Assembly (NCBI GenBank): GCA_017451485.1
Contig: JAFTOG010000003.1
Span: forward strand, 3,959-67,958
Source of the DNA: Clostridia bacterium
Lineage (GTDB): Bacteria > Bacillota > Clostridia > Oscillospirales > CAG-272
Length of the DNA: 64,000 nucleotides
Direction of reading: 5' to 3'
The notes beneath the pieces are model-generated. The model made no database searches. It saw nothing but the letters and a program-made list of their open reading frames with translations, and was not told the origin of the DNA. Below are positions 60,505 through 64,000 of the stretch, piece after piece; position 1 is the stretch's first letter; every line of letters starts with the position of its first letter. Made by a program: the position numbers and the translations under genes.

Positions 60505-62363
60505 CTAACGAGTCTTTGTGTAAATGCGTCAGTCAAGGTAATACCATTAGTATATACGCCCTTAAAGGCAGTTGTTGTTCCTATTTGAGCATTATACTCT
60601 CCCTCCACAAGCTTATCCGATATAACCGATACGGCAATCTTTTCTGTATATCCCTTAGGAAGCTTGAAGGTTATATCTATATTTCCTCCGCTAACACGGA
60701 CAAAGCTTGTATGCTTAGCAAGCTCAGGCTTGGACACGGATGACTTAACACAGCTTACTGTAGTCGATGTTGGAACGCAGGGATTAGTGCTTGAAGCAAT
60801 AATTATAACCGTTCCTCCCGTCACCTTAAAGGATCCGTCTGTACCCACATCAATCTTGTCAAGGAGAAACAGCTCACCACCGGTAACAGTAACTGACGGA
60901 CTGTCAATACCGTCGCTAAAGGATGCTACGGCAGTTTTACCAGCGGAAACAACTGTGTTAAGTGCCTTTATACCCTTGTAGCTCTTATGTATATTGATGG
61001 TTCCACCACCTATCGATGCATTATTCAAGGCATGTATACCGTCCTCATCGGTAACAATATCAATTACTCCACCGTTTATTGATACATTGTTGCCGTGTAT
61101 TCCGTCCTCCATAGAGGATATAACAATTTTTCCATTATTTACAGTAATGTTTTCGAGAGCCTTTATTCCCTTACAGCTTATAAGAATGTCATAAAAGGTT
61201 TCATTCGGATAATTCAAGGGGTTAATTTTTATATATCTGCCATCGGAAAGGAGTATGTAATCTCCCGTGGAGGACTGTGTGTACTCTCCCTTGGTTGTTA
61301 CATAGATAAGTCCCGAGGAATTGACTGTAACATTTCTTCCTACAATTGCATCACTAACAGAATTTATCTTAATATCAGTATCACCAAATATGGTAATATC
61401 ATTATCACTGTCAAGACCGTCAGTATCAGATGTAAGAACAAGCAGAGTCTTTTTTCCTTCCTTACCTACGGTAATGGAGTCATTTGATTTTATGGCATTT
61501 CTTTTGGAGCTCACCCTGATACCTGCATTCTGTATGGTAAGTGTTCCGTTTACATCAATGCCATTTTCAGTGCTGACAATATTAAAAATTCCACCGTTTA
61601 TTACCATATTACCAACAACATTAGCGGGATTGGTTTCAGAAGGAGAATCACCGCTTTTGAGTCCAAATCGACCGGATGTAACATTAAATTCACCACCGTC
61701 AATGGAAAGCCCCTCCTTACCGTATATGCCGTGATTACCTACATTGATATCATATACTCCACTTTTTACCGTTGCCTGCTTAGTACAGTGAATACCGTTT
61801 ATTGCAGTATCTGTGGTAGAAATACTTAATTTGCCCGAGCCTTCAAGGGTAAGACTTCCTTTTTTAACGGTTATAACTCCGTTTTCCAAATTATTTTTGT
61901 TAGATGAAAGCTTATTCTCGCTGTTTTCAGGCAATACAACAGTAAGATCACATCCCACAGAGTAAATAGCAGGAAAGCTATGGGTAAATTTATCTCCGTT
62001 AATACTAACCCCGTCAAGAATAATCGTTACATCGTACGGATCATCCTCCGAGGGAAGAAGAATATCTATGTAATTTGCATCTGTAACACCTGTAATTTTA
62101 TATATACCGGGCATTCTGATATACACATTCTTTTCAGAAATATCAAAAGTCTGACTGATCACATAGCTTTTATCCGTATAGGAGGTCTTGAAGGAATCCA
62201 TATTATCAAAATCTCCCTCTGATACAAGCTCCTCTGCCTTAGTATAATTAACAATACCAAGAGGCTGAACATACGGAACAGAGGGCTCTTCATCACTGCC
62301 ACAGGATGTACCCAGCAACAGTAAAAAAACAAGTAATAACATACTGATTATTTTTTTCATCAT
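60501..62363 (-). CDS. Lipoprotein with a repetitive beta-helix, probably a Cthe_2159-like carbohydrate-binding family member
   Basis: The signal peptide and lipobox are LLLGTSCGS. Many G-I-x-x-x-N/D...I-x-G-G repeat units typical of right-handed beta-helices follow. Confidence 0.55.
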   Translation of the reverse strand: MMKKIISMLLLVFLLLLGTSCGSDEEPSVPYVQPLGIVNYTKAEELVSEGDFDNMDSFKTSYTDKSYVISQTFDISEKNVYIRMPGIYKITGVTDANYIDILLPSEDDPYDVTIILDGVSINGDKFTHSFPAIYSVGCDLTVVLPENSENKLSSNKNNLENGVITVKKGSLTLEGSGKLSISTTDTAINGIHCTKQATVKSGVYDINVGNHGIYGKEGLSIDGGEFNVTSGRFGLKSGDSPSETNPANVVGNMVINGGIFNIVSTENGIDVNGTLTIQNAGIRVSSKRNAIKSNDSITVGKEGKKTLLVLTSDTDGLDSDNDITIFGDTDIKINSVSDAIVGRNVTVNSSGLIYVTTKGEYTQSSTGDYILLSDGRYIKINPLNYPNETFYDILISCKGIKALENITVNNGKIVISSMEDGIHGNNVSINGGVIDIVTDEDGIHALNNASIGGGTINIHKSYKGIKALNTVVSAGKTAVASFSDGIDSPSVTVTGGELFLLDKIDVGTDGSFKVTGGTVIIIASSTNPCVPTSTTVSCVKSSVSKPELAKHTSFVRVSGGNIDITFKLPKGYTEKIAVSVISDKLVEGEYNAQIGTTTAFKGVYTNGITLTDAFTQRLVR

Positions 62364-62571
62364 ATCACCTCGGCATAATTATACCATAAACGAAAAGAAT
62401 AATCAACTGCTTATTTTCGACACTATTACACATAATATATGTTCATATTATCATTTATACATCTTTTCAACATATTAATCTACGGACAATTTTACTTATT
62501 TGTAGCTGTTTCAAAAACAAATCCCGAAATGTAGCGTATATTATAATTTTATAAAACATCTGTTCCCTTAG

Positions 62572-62600
62572 TTGACAAATTGATATACCGGTGATATAAT
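62572..62600 (+). promoter_or_regulatory. Consensus SigA promoter of thrH
   Basis: TTGACA, a 17-nt spacer and TATAAT. Confidence 0.6.
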
Positions 62601-62634
62601 AATCTAAAATGTTAAATATTGGAGGATAATATAT

Positions 62635-63243
62635 ATGAGCAATATGAATATTGTATGCTTGGACCTTGAGGGAGTTCTTGTTCCTGAAATTTGGATCGCC
62701 TTTGCTGAGGCAAGTGGAATCCCGGAGCTTAAGCGTACCACAAGAGATGAGCCCGACTATGACAAGCTTATGAAATACCGTATAGCGATTCTTAAGGAGC
62801 ACGGTCTTGGACTTAAGGAAATCCAGGATACAATTGCTAAGATTGATCCACTTCCCGGAGCTAAGGAATTTCTTGATGAGCTTCGTTCCATTACACAAAC
62901 AATTATCATCAGCGATACCTTTACACAGTTTGCAGCTCCCCTTATGAAGAAGCTTGGTATGCCTACAATCTTCTGTAACACATTAGAGGTAGCAGATAAC
63001 GGAGAGATTACCGGCTTCAGAATGCGTATCAAGGATTCTAAGCTCACAACAGTAAGAGCACTCCAGTCCGCAGGCTTTGAAACAATCGCAAGTGGAGACA
63101 GCTACAACGACCTTGGTATGATTAAAGCAAGTAAGGCAGGCTTCCTCTTCAGAACAACTGATAAAATCAAAGCAGATTTCCCCGAGTACCCCGCCTTTGA
63201 AGAATTTGACGATCTTTTAGATGCTATCAAAAAAGCACTGTAA
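62635..63243 (+). CDS. thrH: ThrH-type phosphoserine phosphatase / homoserine phosphotransferase (HAD)
   Basis: The stretch CLDLEGVLVPEIWIAFAE is near-identical to the Pseudomonas ThrH N-terminus as I recall it. The HAD motifs DLEG and GDSYND are present. Confidence 0.8.
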   Translation: MSNMNIVCLDLEGVLVPEIWIAFAEASGIPELKRTTRDEPDYDKLMKYRIAILKEHGLGLKEIQDTIAKIDPLPGAKEFLDELRSITQTIIISDTFTQFAAPLMKKLGMPTIFCNTLEVADNGEITGFRMRIKDSKLTTVRALQSAGFETIASGDSYNDLGMIKASKAGFLFRTTDKIKADFPEYPAFEEFDDLLDAIKKAL

Positions 63244-63316
63244 TCTATAAACAAGTATCCCTCCGTTTAGTGTGATGTCCTTAACGGACGATCACGCAGT
63301 TAAATCCGTCTTCGAC

Positions 63317-63451
63317 GGGTGAAATCCACCTATGATGGATGAAATCGCTTTCACGATGAAATCCTGCTTCGCAGGGTTGTATTTAGACGGATTTAATTTC
63401 ATCCGAGAACTTGTCCTTGGATTTCATCTGAACGAAGTAAAAATTTCATCG
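63317..63451. repeat. Nested inverted-repeat module: three GATGAAATC-like arms followed by three GATTTCATC-like arms
   Basis: The left arms are at 63317-27, 63337-47 and 63354-64. The right arms are at 63389-405, 63419-28 and 63441-51. They pair in nested order around the apical hairpin CCTGC-TTC-GCAGG (63363-75). Confidence 0.7.
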
Positions 63452-63480
63452 TTGCCGTGCAACGATATCATTCAAACAGC

Positions 63481-63530
63481 AAAAAAAGAGATAACAAATC
63501 GGTTTGCAGCCGAAATGTTATCTCTTTTTG
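63481..63530. terminator. Strong bidirectional terminator inside the thrH-cysK spacer
   Basis: AAAAAAA-GAGATAACA...TGTTATCTC-TTTTT. Confidence 0.75.
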
Positions 63531-63722
63531 TCGTTATAAAAACCTGCTACGCAGAGCCTTATTATTCGTTTTACTCATAATAAGGGTTTGGGCTTAGCCC
63601 ATAAAGTATTTGACCGGACAAATGCAAAGCTTACCCTGTGGATATGCTCGCACTTAGCTGTATTTTCAAATTCTCCGCTAAGGACATTACCGTTTCTACG
63701 GGGGATTTAGTTTCAATAAAAA

Positions 63723-63755
63723 GCACCAGGCTCACTATGAAGTGAACCGGGTGTT
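63723..63755 (-). terminator. Intrinsic terminator after cysK
   Basis: On the minus strand, CACCCGGTTCAC-TTCATA-GTGAGCCTGGTG is followed by CTTTTTATT. Confidence 0.65.
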
Positions 63756-63759
63756 TTAT

Positions 63760-64000
63760 TTATTCATTTTCAAAAAGAGGAGTTGAAAAATATCTTTCTG
63801 CCGTATCAGGAAGAACAGTTACTACTCTTTTTCCCTTACCAAGCTTTTTAGCAAGCTTCATTGCGGCACATACATTTGTTCCACTGGAGATACCACACAT
63901 AATTCCTTCCTTTGAAGCAAGCTCCTTCGAGGTGCGAATGGCCTCCTCGTCATCTATAATGCAAATATCATTATAAATGCTTTGATTAAGAATAGTTGGA
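63760..64000 (-). CDS. cysK: Cysteine synthase (O-acetylserine sulfhydrylase), C-terminal part only
   Basis: My own translation gives ...GISSGTNVCAAMKLAKKLGKGKRVVTVLPDTAERYFSTPLFENE*. The N-terminus lies beyond the window edge. Confidence 0.8.
   Translation of the reverse strand, partial: PTILNQSIYNDICIIDDEEAIRTSKELASKEGIMCGISSGTNVCAAMKLAKKLGKGKRVVTVLPDTAERYFSTPLFENE

Noticed and set aside
63332-63580. 82-aa ORF in the thrH-cysK spacer
   Set aside because: It has no RBS and runs through the inverted repeats and a bidirectional terminator. It is most likely an artefact of repeat symmetry.
63317-63650. DnaA-box or parS-like sequences (AAATCCACC, TGTGGATAT, TTTCACGATGAAA) suggesting an origin or partition site
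   Set aside because: These are single imperfect matches. There is no cluster of consensus TTATCCACA boxes, no AT-rich unwinding element, no dnaA/dnaN context, and the parS-like palindrome is broken by an extra base.

Overview
This is a low-GC Firmicute (Clostridia-type, spore-forming) chromosomal segment that is almost entirely core housekeeping. About 60 genes are tightly packed, with many near-consensus SigA promoters (TTGACA-17-TATAAT) and clean hairpin-plus-T-run terminators.

Recognisable content, in order:
- dpaA/dpaB, trmB, polA, ispE and guaB
- a long-form (Alu-domain) SRP RNA directly upstream of dnaX-ybaB-recR, the Bacillus-like synteny
- yloV, degV, spoVT and a potABCD operon with potC and potD fused
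- rarA, then a metF / MetH-activation / metH operon
- adhE, a flotillin gene, sufC and sufBD
- rplU-prp-rpmA, mntP and a GH2 lacZ
- an EPS regulatory module (CpsB phosphatase, Wzz, BY-kinase, Wzy-like protein)
- thrH and the 3' end of cysK

I found no tRNA, rRNA, CRISPR array, transposase, integrase, phage gene or recognisable defence gene.

The parts not explained by standard annotation are:
1. An orphan AgrA/AgrC-like two-component pair, bracketed by two paralogous 229-aa membrane proteins of unknown family. Repeated TTRTCCC boxes lie in the shared spacer.
2. A stand-alone 67-aa ORF made of 14 N-x-N-Q tetrapeptide repeats, encoded by a 12-nt tandem repeat.
3. A promoter-to-terminator structured RNA of about 140 nt upstream of the flotillin gene.
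4. A 516-bp convergent spacer after thrH, packed with nested GATGAAATC/GATTTCATC inverted repeats and UUCG-type hairpins.
5. Two point-disrupted genes: lacZ has an in-frame TAG, and a radical SAM gene has a frameshift in an A-run.
6. A two-ORF unknown cassette downstream of a LysR regulator.

All family assignments come from reading motifs by eye. No database search was run.
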